Translations under genes and position numbers: made by a program | In this document: in pieces, positions 10,087 to 19,080 of the stretch | How the letters are laid out: each line of letters begins with the position of its first letter | How positions within the stretch are numbered: position 1 is the stretch's first letter | Origin: Staphylothermus sp. | GTDB taxonomy: Archaea > Thermoproteota > Thermoprotei_A > Sulfolobales > Desulfurococcaceae | Reading direction: 5' to 3' | Assembly (NCBI GenBank): GCA_021157925.1 | Contig: JAGGVR010000147.1 | Location: 1 to 60,836 of the forward strand | Length of the DNA: 60,836 bases | The notes under the pieces: model-generated | The model's input: the letters and a program-made list of their open reading frames with translations, nothing else | Told to the model about the DNA's origin: nothing | Databases searched by the model: none

Positions 10087-10959
10087 ATGAGTACTGCTTC
10101 CTTGGTAAGACTAGTTGTTCTAGCAGATGATTATGCTGGATATGAAACAAGAAATTTACTTGCCCAACACGGTTTATCGATCTATATTGAGATAATGGAT
10201 GAAAACAGCAAGATCCATAAAATATTGTTTGACACAGGTCAGTATGGAGAAGCCATTATTCATAACGCTAGCCTATTAGGAATAAATTTGTCGGAAATAG
10301 ACTCTATAGTATTATCTCACAATCATTATGACCACACGGGAGGACTGTTAAGTATTCTTAAATACATTAAGAAGAAAATCCCAGTTATTGCTCATCCAGA
10401 TATATTCAAACCTTCAATCTATATCTCTAAGAATAATATTAGGTTAAACATAGGTTTGCCCCATACTAAGAGAGAATATGAAGAGCAAGGAGCCTACTTC
10501 ATACTAGTAAAGAACCCAATTGAAATAGCTCCAGGAGTATATTTCCTAGGTGAAATAAATAGATACTACCCAGAACTTGCACCAGTCCTTGAAAGCAACT
10601 ATACTATTGAAAACTATGAATTAGTAAAACACAAGCTCCTCGACGACACAGGATTAGCGATCAATACTGAAAAAGGAGTTATAGTTATTGGTGGATGCTC
10701 TCACTCAGGAATAGTAAATATAGTTGAGCAAGCATCTAAAATAACAGGATCAAAACCTTATAGCCTCATTGGCGGATTCCACTTATTATCGATGGAGAGA
10801 GAAAAGATAGAGACTATTGTTGAAAAGTTATATTCCATGGGTGTTGAAGAAGTTCATGCAGGTCATTGTACAGGTTTCCTAGGAGAACTATTACTAATGA
10901 ATACTTTTGGCGAGAAATTTAAGAAAATACATGTAGGTTATTCCACCACCTATCCATGA
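10087..10959 (+). CDS. Metallo-beta-lactamase-fold protein (COG1237/MJ0301-like)
   Basis: HGLSIYIE..ILFDTG..VLSHNHYDHTGGL (HxHxDH metal motif), plus a C-terminal GGCSHSG and HAGHCTG. Confidence 0.7.
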   Translation: MSTASLVRLVVLADDYAGYETRNLLAQHGLSIYIEIMDENSKIHKILFDTGQYGEAIIHNASLLGINLSEIDSIVLSHNHYDHTGGLLSILKYIKKKIPVIAHPDIFKPSIYISKNNIRLNIGLPHTKREYEEQGAYFILVKNPIEIAPGVYFLGEINRYYPELAPVLESNYTIENYELVKHKLLDDTGLAINTEKGVIVIGGCSHSGIVNIVEQASKITGSKPYSLIGGFHLLSMEREKIETIVEKLYSMGVEEVHAGHCTGFLGELLLMNTFGEKFKKIHVGYSTTYP

Positions 10960-10965
10960 CACTAT

Positions 10966-12081
10966 TCAATGAAAAACATATTCTTTTTGCCTAATTACAT
11001 ACTTCTTTAGTACTTCTTCAAGGACTTCAACACCTATTCCTGGTTTCTCAAGAACTCTTATATAGCCTTTATCAATAGTCCATGGAGGATCAACTATTTC
11101 TTCCTCATAATATCTATTTGACTCTGATATATCGTTTGGATACTTTACTGCTGGCAGGGTTGCTGAAGCTACTTGAAATGCTCTACCAATGCCTGTTTCA
11201 AGCATTCCACCGATCCATATTGGTATGTTGTTTTTCAATGCAAAATCATTGATTTTTATTGTTTCTGTTAAGCCACCGACTCGTGCTGGTTTTACATTTA
11301 TTATCTTATAGCTTCCGAGTTTATGTCCTGCTTGTGCATCATGGATATTCTTGATGCTTTCATCTAGACATATTGGTGTTTTTATCTTTGATTGGAGTAT
11401 ACTGTGTTCATACAAATCCTCATAGGATAGGGGCTGTTCTATCATTAATAAATCATACTTATCTAGTTCCTCGAAGACTTTTAAATCCCTCAGTGTATAC
11501 GCTGCATTAGCGTCTACTTGAAGCGGGATATCTCCAAACTCTTTCCTAATGGTTTTGACTGGTAATACATCCCAACCAGGCGCTATTTTTATCTTAACTC
11601 TCCTATAGCCTCTCTCCAAGTATTTCTCGACCAGTTTCAATAATCTATTCATATCTCCTATTACTCCAATACTTATTCCGGATTCAACGGTTTTTCTGAC
11701 ACCGCCTATTGCTTTATACAAGGGTATTTTAAGCTGCTTAGCATATAGGTCCCATAATGCGAACTCAATCCCGGCTTTAGCCATTCTGTATCCTCTAACT
11801 CTCTTCACACGATCAACGAATTCCCACGGTTTCTCGATCTCTGGGTTTTTCCTCAATAATGGTATTATGAATTCATTATATACATACATAGTAGTCTCCA
11901 CGGTTTCATAACTATACCAAGGACCATCATCTACTGGAGCTTCGCCCCAACCAATAATTCCGTTTTCATCCTCAAATGCTACTATGATGCAATGCCTATC
12001 AAGCATGCCGCCAAAGCTTGTCTCAAAGTATTCCTTGAGCTTCATAACTAAGTGAAATACCCTGATCTTCTTGAGCCTCAT
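10966..12081 (-). CDS. Enolase-superfamily enzyme, o-succinylbenzoate synthase / N-acylamino-acid racemase (OSBS/NSAR) type
   Basis: KxK base (RVKIKIAPG), metal ligands in LQVDANAAY, LLMIEQPL and ICLDESI, and a second Lys in IINVKPARVGG. Confidence 0.8.
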   Translation of the reverse strand: MRLKKIRVFHLVMKLKEYFETSFGGMLDRHCIIVAFEDENGIIGWGEAPVDDGPWYSYETVETTMYVYNEFIIPLLRKNPEIEKPWEFVDRVKRVRGYRMAKAGIEFALWDLYAKQLKIPLYKAIGGVRKTVESGISIGVIGDMNRLLKLVEKYLERGYRRVKIKIAPGWDVLPVKTIRKEFGDIPLQVDANAAYTLRDLKVFEELDKYDLLMIEQPLSYEDLYEHSILQSKIKTPICLDESIKNIHDAQAGHKLGSYKIINVKPARVGGLTETIKINDFALKNNIPIWIGGMLETGIGRAFQVASATLPAVKYPNDISESNRYYEEEIVDPPWTIDKGYIRVLEKPGIGVEVLEEVLKKYVIRQKEYVFH

Positions 12082-13037
12082 GAAGAACCCTCCCCAACAA
12101 TGTTGTCCCAGGGATAATGTCCTTGGAGTATCACTTCAATATTTCTCCTCCATAATATATAGAAGCTTCTTCGAAGTCCTCCCTTAACCATAGTTATGAA
12201 ACTAATAACTATGTATCCCTGGGTATTCAAGTAGTATTTGAATACTTTTCTCAGCTTAATTCTCCAATCAAGTACTAGTTCTAGGTCTTTTTTCTTGAGT
12301 TCATTTATATCTCCAGGGATCTCGACGACTACTAAGTCTTTTTTGTTTGATAGAGATGTATTAATTAGGATGGGTTTATTGTTCTTGATCTCCACATTTG
12401 TGGCTATATGGGGATCTAGTTCTAAGAGTTTCTCATAAGTGATTGTCTTCTTTTTATTTTCTTCGATAATGGCTTTAACCCGTGGTGATCTGATATACCA
12501 TTCTGCAATGAATCTATCTGTTGGCGTACCTCTGTTTATCTCGTCTTGTAGCTCGCCATAGTAGTTTATATAGAATTTTCTTATAATTACACCCATTTTC
12601 ACTATGTTGAAATACGCATTACTACTCTGTAAGGGGTCATAAGTCCATTCTATTAGGTGATAACCTTTCTCAATAGCTATTCTCCTCTGGAAAATCTTCA
12701 TGATCTTCCCAATGCCCAAATACCTGTATTCCGGAACAACACCTGCTAAGTGACTATACATGTATAGTTTTCCATACTTATAGGCTGGAACAGTATATAT
12801 TAATCCAACTGCTCTACCAGTTGGTTCTTCAAATGCGCCGAGAACTATTCCTCCATTACGATGGCTAGCTATAAGCATATGGTAAGTTACTGCTCCGGAA
12901 TAATCCAGCATCCCCCAGATCTCTAATTGTGCATTCATTAACTTCCTATAATCATCAGGTGTGCTCGGTTCTCTAATAACAATTGTTTTATCTCTAACAC
13001 TTAGTTTATAGGGCAAACTAAGATCCATAAACATCAC
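12078..13037 (-). CDS. GNAT-like acyltransferase-fold protein, translationally coupled to the NSAR-like gene
   Basis: GVVPEYRYLGIGKIMK (GNAT acyl-CoA loop). Its stop overlaps the downstream start in ATGA (12078-12081). Confidence 0.5.
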   Translation of the reverse strand: MMFMDLSLPYKLSVRDKTIVIREPSTPDDYRKLMNAQLEIWGMLDYSGAVTYHMLIASHRNGGIVLGAFEEPTGRAVGLIYTVPAYKYGKLYMYSHLAGVVPEYRYLGIGKIMKIFQRRIAIEKGYHLIEWTYDPLQSSNAYFNIVKMGVIIRKFYINYYGELQDEINRGTPTDRFIAEWYIRSPRVKAIIEENKKKTITYEKLLELDPHIATNVEIKNNKPILINTSLSNKKDLVVVEIPGDINELKKKDLELVLDWRIKLRKVFKYYLNTQGYIVISFITMVKGGLRRSFYILWRRNIEVILQGHYPWDNIVGEGSS

Positions 13038-13228
13038 TTGATTTATTCTTTACTAATCAAGAGTTATGCTTCGTTCTCATAGAAAGTTTTTCTTGATTCT
13101 TCATTATCTTGTACATTATACTTATTTTATAACAATTTACTTTATTCTAAGACTCTAATATATACACCTACATATCTTTTCTTTAAAGTTTATATATTCC
13201 TCATAAGTGTATATATCATGTGAGAACT

Positions 13229-14269
13229 ATGGATGCGTCATTCATAATCCTAGTTCTCGGCTTTCTTGCTTCCTTCTACATGGCATAGAATATAGGAGCG
13301 AATGATGCAGCTAATCCAACCGATACAGCTGTAGGATCAGTTGCATTATCTCTCGAGAAAGCACTGCTAATATTCAGTGTATCAGCACTTATAGGGGCTC
13401 TTACGCAGGAATGGATGGTAATGAAGACTCTTGGCAAAGGAATAGTAACTAATATCGAAGTAGCTGGGGCTTTATGTGCTATACTGGCTGACATATGGGT
13501 TCTAGCAGCGTCTCTTAAGGGAATGCCTATATCTACTAGTCAAAGCATAACGGAGGGAGTGCTGGGTATAGGATTAGCATACGTTGCTTTAGGAAAAATG
13601 AGTATTCATGAGATAAACTAGCAAGTTGTAACAAATATCTTGCTGAGCTGGATAACAAGCACTGCATTAAGCATAGTATTAGCTATTATATTCTATAAAG
13701 TCTTCAGTAGGGTTGCCTTGTTTCTAGAATTAAAGAAATACAGATCCGAGGCAATTATGATGGGGTTAATAATAGCTTCACTAGTATTCTCAGCGTATAG
13801 TTTTGGAGCCAACGACTTTGGTAATGCGATAGGGGTATATTATACTGTTGCATCAAAATGTATAGGAACACCAGATATTTCAACAAGAATAATGCTTGCT
13901 CTTATAGGAAGCATAGGGATAATGATTGGAGGATATACTGTTGGGAAAAGAGTAATAAACACTGTAGCCCACAAGATCACACGACTTGACCTCGTAACAG
14001 GATTATCGGCGGAGTATTCTAATGCATTAACTGTATGGACCTATACAATAATCCCATGCATATTATTTGGATACGATATTCTTGTATCAACAACACATGC
14101 CGGTGCATCATCAATTATCGGAGTGGGAATCACTAAAAACAAGGACTTTAAAAATATCAATTGGAATACAATCAGAGACGTAGTGAAGTCATGGCTATTA
14201 ACAATCCCGATAACAGCATCATTAAGTTTTATTCTAAGACTGGGGATCCATTACTTCCTATACTTATGA
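13229..14269 (+). pseudogene. PiT/PHO4-family inorganic phosphate transporter: a single frame interrupted by two TAG codons
   Basis: One frame runs from ATG 13229 to TGA 14269. It has both PiT signatures, NIGANDAAN and SFGANDFGNA. In-frame TAG codons lie at 13286-13288 and 13619-13621. Confidence 0.8.
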
Positions 14270-14325
14270 ATAATACATTAGATATATATTTATAATATGA
14301 AAAAAGAGAATACTTGGTGATAATA

Positions 14326-14820
14326 ATGATAAAAGAAAGGGAAATTATTAAGGACACAGCTTTAATCGTGGCTAAACTAATGTCTTCTTCAGCAATAACT
14401 GCCCCCAAAGCAAAGGGGAGGAACAATATACAAGTAAGAATTCTTGATAAAAAAGAAGAATTATACCAATTAGCTGAAGAAATGGAAAAACTTGCATCAA
14501 GATATGGCAGCTTCTTTGCAAGAGACGCAGACAACGTAAGATCCTCGGATGCAGTAGTGCTAATAGGCTGCAAGATCATTGATTTTAATATTAAGCAGCC
14601 GGAAGAAATTAAACATGATATAAATACTGTCTTAAGTCTCGTGAATCTAGGAATAGCTATTGGATCAGCTGTTCACATAGCTTCTATAAATAATGTGGAC
14701 AACAGGATCATGTATACTATTGGTTTAGCGGCACAGAAGCTCTATATGAAAGACTCTGACATAGTTTTCGGTATACCATTAAGTATTAAGGGAAAGAACA
14801 TATATTTTGATAGAAAATAA
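14326..14820 (+). CDS. DUF2148-like protein (COG4739-type, lacking the Cys cluster)
   Basis: ..SSAITAPKAKGRNNI.. and FFARDADNVRSSDAVVLIG match my memory of DUF2148. A GGTGAT SD lies 5 nt upstream of ATG 14326. Confidence 0.45.
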   Translation: MIKEREIIKDTALIVAKLMSSSAITAPKAKGRNNIQVRILDKKEELYQLAEEMEKLASRYGSFFARDADNVRSSDAVVLIGCKIIDFNIKQPEEIKHDINTVLSLVNLGIAIGSAVHIASINNVDNRIMYTIGLAAQKLYMKDSDIVFGIPLSIKGKNIYFDRK

Positions 14821-14823
14821 ATC

Positions 14824-15804
14824 CTATTTCCTACTGTACAAATGACACTTCACATAATGGCCTTTTTCATACTCAATAAATTCTGGTTCTTCTCTATTAC
14901 ATATTTCTTGTCTAAATGGGCATCTTGGATGGAATCTACAACCTGACGGCGGATTAATAGGGCTCGGAGGTTCTCCTGGCACTCTTAGTTTTTCTCTCTT
15001 TCTAGTAATCTCTGGATCTGGTATTGGTATTGCTGAGAACAATGCCTTCGTGTATGGGTGTAGGGGTTTTTCGAATACTTCTTCTGCTGGACCATATTCT
15101 ACTATCTGTCCAAGATACATCACAGCTATGTAATCACTCATATACCTTACTACTCCAAGGTCGTGACTTATGAAGAGATATGTGAGATCCATTTTCTTCT
15201 GGAGATCCTTTAGGAGGTTAAGTATTTGTGCTTGGACAGATACGTCTAGGGCTGATGTTGGTTCATCTAGTACTATGAATTCTGGGTTTAATGCAAGTAT
15301 TCTAGCTATCGCTATTCTCTGTCTTTGTCCTCCACTGAATTCATGTGGATAACGGTATAGGTGCGATTCGTTTAGTCCAACTCTATACAATAATTCTACA
15401 ACAAATTTTTCTGGATCACTTACTTTGATCTTGTATATCTTGATAGGCTCATATATTGTGTCGAAAATAGTCATTCTAGGGTTCAAGCTACTGTACGGGT
15501 CTTGAAACACCATTTGGGCTTTTTTCCTAAACTCTTTAAGCTCCTTACCTCTTAACTTGAAAATATCCTTACCCTCAAAAAGGGCTTTTCCGGAAGTTGG
15601 TTTAAGTAGTCTTAAAACCAGTTTCCCAACAGTTGTTTTTCCACAACCAGATTCTCCAACTAGACCCAGTGTCTTGCCCTTATATATCTCGAAGTTTACA
15701 CCATCAACCGCTTTAACATAGCCCTTTGTGAAAAATATTCCCTTTACTGGAAAATATTTCTTCAAATCAACTACTTTGACTAATGGAGTACTCATACATT
15801 TCAC
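14824..15804 (-). CDS. Oligopeptide/dipeptide ABC transporter ATPase (OppF/DppF-like)
   Basis: Walker A GESGCGKTT, signature FSGGQRQR, Walker B FIVLDEPTSALD, and the C-terminal Cys-rich oligopeptide-ABC tail (PPSGCRFHPRCP). Confidence 0.9.
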   Translation of the reverse strand: MKCMSTPLVKVVDLKKYFPVKGIFFTKGYVKAVDGVNFEIYKGKTLGLVGESGCGKTTVGKLVLRLLKPTSGKALFEGKDIFKLRGKELKEFRKKAQMVFQDPYSSLNPRMTIFDTIYEPIKIYKIKVSDPEKFVVELLYRVGLNESHLYRYPHEFSGGQRQRIAIARILALNPEFIVLDEPTSALDVSVQAQILNLLKDLQKKMDLTYLFISHDLGVVRYMSDYIAVMYLGQIVEYGPAEEVFEKPLHPYTKALFSAIPIPDPEITRKREKLRVPGEPPSPINPPSGCRFHPRCPFRQEICNREEPEFIEYEKGHYVKCHLYSRK

Positions 15805-15813
15805 CCAAGCTCT

Positions 15814-16818
15814 TTACGAATATAACCAACAAGATACTCTATGAGTGGATGAAACCCAGATCTCTGGTGGTCTCTCGCTTTTACACTTTTCCATAGCGTA
15901 TTGGCATCTTGGATGGAATCTGCAACCTGGTGGTGGATATATTAGATTTGGTACAGTTCCTGGTATCGATTCCAATTTATCTATCTTCTTCACTGGATTT
16001 GGCACTGCTTTTAACAATGCTTTAGTATAGGGGTGTAATGGGTTTTTGAATAACTCGTATATGTCTGCTTCCTCGACTATTCTTCCAGCATACATTACTG
16101 CTACTCTATCACACATATCGGCTACAAGTCCCATGTTGTGTGTTATGAGAAGAACCGTTAGGTTCTTCTCCTTCTTAAGCTTCTTGAGCAGATCCATTAT
16201 CTGGTCTTGAACTGTAGCGTCAAGAGCTGTAGTGGGCTCATCCGCTATTACTAGTCGTGGATTATTGCTTAATGAAATGCCTATTACTGCTCTCTGTTTC
16301 ATACCGCCGCTAAGCTCGTGTGGATAGTTCTTCACTCTTGTCTCAGGATCAGGCATTAAGACACTTTTCAATATATCTACAGCTTTTAGGAATCCCTCCT
16401 TAATGCTTGAAATTAATCCATGATCATACATGGTTTCTGATATCTGATACCCAATATTGTAGAGTGGGTCAAGACTTGCTGAAGGGTCTTGAAAGATATA
16501 TGATATCTCTGCACCCCTGATCCTTCTCAATTCTTCTTCACTGAGTCCAAGCAAGTCTATTGGTTCTTTTCCAGGTTCTCTATAATACAATACTTGTCCT
16601 TTCTCTATTCTTCCCGGCGGTCTAATTAGTTTTGTTAAAGACTTTGCTGTAACAGATTTCCCACAACCAGTTTCTCCTACTAAGCAGTAAGTCTCTCCTC
16701 TGTAAATTGTGAAGCTAACTCCGTCTATTGCTTTCACTACTCCAGCATATGTGTAGAAGTTAACGTATAAGTCTTTTACCTCTATTATTGGCAGATGTTC
16801 AGACTTCATTTTTTTCAC
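15814..16818 (-). CDS. Oligopeptide/dipeptide ABC transporter ATPase (OppD/DppD-like)
   Basis: Walker A GETGCGKSV, signature LSGGMKQR, Walker B LVIADEPTTALD, and C-terminal PPPGCRFHPRC. Confidence 0.9.
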   Translation of the reverse strand: MKKMKSEHLPIIEVKDLYVNFYTYAGVVKAIDGVSFTIYRGETYCLVGETGCGKSVTAKSLTKLIRPPGRIEKGQVLYYREPGKEPIDLLGLSEEELRRIRGAEISYIFQDPSASLDPLYNIGYQISETMYDHGLISSIKEGFLKAVDILKSVLMPDPETRVKNYPHELSGGMKQRAVIGISLSNNPRLVIADEPTTALDATVQDQIMDLLKKLKKEKNLTVLLITHNMGLVADMCDRVAVMYAGRIVEEADIYELFKNPLHPYTKALLKAVPNPVKKIDKLESIPGTVPNLIYPPPGCRFHPRCQYAMEKCKSERPPEIWVSSTHRVSCWLYS

Positions 16819-17974
16819 CTTTTTGTTTCTTCTTCTTTAGTTTAAACTCTATACTTCTCCTAGTCTTGGGGTCAAGAATGTCTCTTAGCGTGTCTCCTAT
16901 GAGGTTAAATCCTAGTACGGTTAATAAGATCATTAGTCCTGGATAGAATACTAGCCACCATGAGTTGGGAAAATATTGTGATCCATCGTTTATTATTCTA
17001 CCCCAATCAGCTATTGGAGGCACCGCGCCTACGCCTAGGAAGCTTAGACCAGCTTCTGTAAGTATTACTCCTCCAAAGTCTAGTGTTAGGTAAACGAGTA
17101 TTGGGCCTATTATGTTAGGAGTAATGTGTCTTAATAGTATCCATCTAGTTGGTACACCTAGTGCTCTCGCAGCTTCTACGTAGAGGTTCTCTCTAGCTGA
17201 TAAAACCAATCCTCTTACTAGTCTAGCATAGCCTGGCCACCAGACGATCCATAGTGCTATTATAACACTTACTAAGTAGGCCATTGAACCAGCATGTTGT
17301 ACTTTTAATGAGAACAATGATAGAAAGAACTGCCTAACAGCTGGATTAGCGTTAAGGAAATACTGTATCCTTGGTGGTAATACTGCTGAGAATGCTATAG
17401 CTAGTATTAGTCCAGGGAATGCTAGGAATATGTCAGTAAATCTCATTAATATTTCGTCTATCTTACCACCATAGTATCCAGCAACTAGTCCTATTAATAT
17501 ACCGATCCAAGGACCAACTAACATAACCATTATTGCTACTATAAGGCTTGTACGAGCACCATACAATATTCTACTGAACAAGTCTCTTCCATAGTCGTCA
17601 GAACCAAGCAATAATGTATAATTTCCAGACCTTACTCCTAAGAACTTTGCAGCCGTAGTATTTGGTATAGTTATTACTGTACCAGGTGGTGCTAGATACG
17701 CGTCCCTATCGAATGCCGTTAGTGGGGTATCATAGTTGAATGGCGCTATATATGGTCCTACAATTGCTAATACTATGAACACTATTACCAGAGCTAACCC
17801 TATCAGTCCTGGTGGAGATCTGTTAAGAGCATAAGCCATTAATTTCCATTCATCAACTCTTGCTTTATTTTTCTTATACCATCCAGGTCTTACTTTATCT
17901 AGGAATTTAGCAAAACCCTCTATAAGTGCATCGGAGAATTTGTCTAGAAGCTTTTTCTCATATATTTCGCTCAT
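16799..17974 (-). CDS. ABC transporter permease (OppC/DppC-like)
   Basis: Multi-TM protein with the EAA-type loop (YVEAARALGVPTRWILLRHITPN). It overlaps the downstream ATPase gene by 20 nt. Confidence 0.85.
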   Translation of the reverse strand: MSEIYEKKLLDKFSDALIEGFAKFLDKVRPGWYKKNKARVDEWKLMAYALNRSPPGLIGLALVIVFIVLAIVGPYIAPFNYDTPLTAFDRDAYLAPPGTVITIPNTTAAKFLGVRSGNYTLLLGSDDYGRDLFSRILYGARTSLIVAIMVMLVGPWIGILIGLVAGYYGGKIDEILMRFTDIFLAFPGLILAIAFSAVLPPRIQYFLNANPAVRQFFLSLFSLKVQHAGSMAYLVSVIIALWIVWWPGYARLVRGLVLSARENLYVEAARALGVPTRWILLRHITPNIIGPILVYLTLDFGGVILTEAGLSFLGVGAVPPIADWGRIINDGSQYFPNSWWLVFYPGLMILLTVLGFNLIGDTLRDILDPKTRRSIEFKLKKKKQKGEKNEV

Positions 17975-17985
17975 ATTATTTCACC

Positions 17986-18996
17986 TCAATACCTCACTCT
18001 CGGATCTATGAAGGCGTACAGAATATCTACTATAAAGTTTGCTGTCAAGTAGATCAGCGATACGAAGAATACTGCACCTATTAGTGCTAAGTAATCAAAC
18101 TGGTTAATCGCTTGCAACATGTAGCTACCAAGACCCGGTAATCCGAAGACTCTTTCAGTAATAGGTGCTCCTCCTAGCAGTCCTCCAAACTGTAATCCAA
18201 GTACTGTAATTACTGGTACTAATGCGTTTCTCAGTATGTGTTTATATATTCTCATTTTCTTTAATCCGCGTGCATGAGCGAATTCTGTAAAATCAGCACT
18301 TATGGCGTCTAGGAAGCTGTTTCTCACAATTCTGGCAGTAATGCCTATACCCATGAATCCTAGTATGAAGCCTGGGAGAGAATATCTCTGCAGTATCTGT
18401 GCAAGCATTGGAAAGTCTAGGTGTAGTATAGAGTCGATTAATGGAACACCGGTTATAGAGTAATCTGGCTTAGGCGTTCCCGCTAGGGTTATCCAGCCTA
18501 ATTGGGTAAAGAAGAGAAATATTAATAAATAAGCAAGCCAGAAGACGGGGGTTGAAACACCTATTAATGCAAATATTCTAACTGCTGTATCTACCCAAGT
18601 ATCACGTTTCAAAGCAGCAATTATCCCTAATGGTATACCTATTAACACAATGTAAATGAATGCTATTAGAGTTAACTGAATAGTGACTGGAAACCTCTTG
18701 GCTAAGTCGTCCCAAATATAGTGGTGGGTTACAGGACTTACCATTTGATTGGTGAATAACTTGTACATTATAAAGTAATATCTTTCAAGAATACTGCCTT
18801 TTAAATGGTATTCTTTCTCTAACTGCTCAATGACCTTGGGGTTAGCTTTTTCGCCACCGGCCCACATTCTAGCGGGATCTGTCGGGATCACGGCAGCGAT
18901 AACGAAAACTATGAAGGTAACACCTATTAATGTCGGTATAAAGGTTAAGAGCCTTCTAACAAGGAATCTCTTGAGCTCAGCCATTCCCCGCACCAC
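17986..18996 (-). CDS. ABC transporter permease (OppB/DppB-like). The start is probably Met at 18984.
   Basis: N-terminal LKRFLVRRLL..IPTLIGVTFIVF and the loop EFAHARGLKKMRIYKHILRNA, typical of OppB-type permeases. Confidence 0.85.
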   Translation of the reverse strand: MVRGMAELKRFLVRRLLTFIPTLIGVTFIVFVIAAVIPTDPARMWAGGEKANPKVIEQLEKEYHLKGSILERYYFIMYKLFTNQMVSPVTHHYIWDDLAKRFPVTIQLTLIAFIYIVLIGIPLGIIAALKRDTWVDTAVRIFALIGVSTPVFWLAYLLIFLFFTQLGWITLAGTPKPDYSITGVPLIDSILHLDFPMLAQILQRYSLPGFILGFMGIGITARIVRNSFLDAISADFTEFAHARGLKKMRIYKHILRNALVPVITVLGLQFGGLLGGAPITERVFGLPGLGSYMLQAINQFDYLALIGAVFFVSLIYLTANFIVDILYAFIDPRVRY

Positions 18997-19080
18997 ACAA
19001 TTTTACAGAAAGAGATATGGGGAAAAAGGTGTTAAAAAATTAATTTCAGTTATTACATTTTTCCCAATTATGTGGATTCA

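Noticed and set aside
13286-13621. The idea that TAG is a sense codon (for example pyrrolysine-like recoding) in this organism.
   Set aside because: TAG clearly terminates conserved genes in the same window, such as gap at 54104-54106, the GNAT gene at 6214-6216 and the MFS gene at 10048-10050. Nothing resembling pyl genes is present here.
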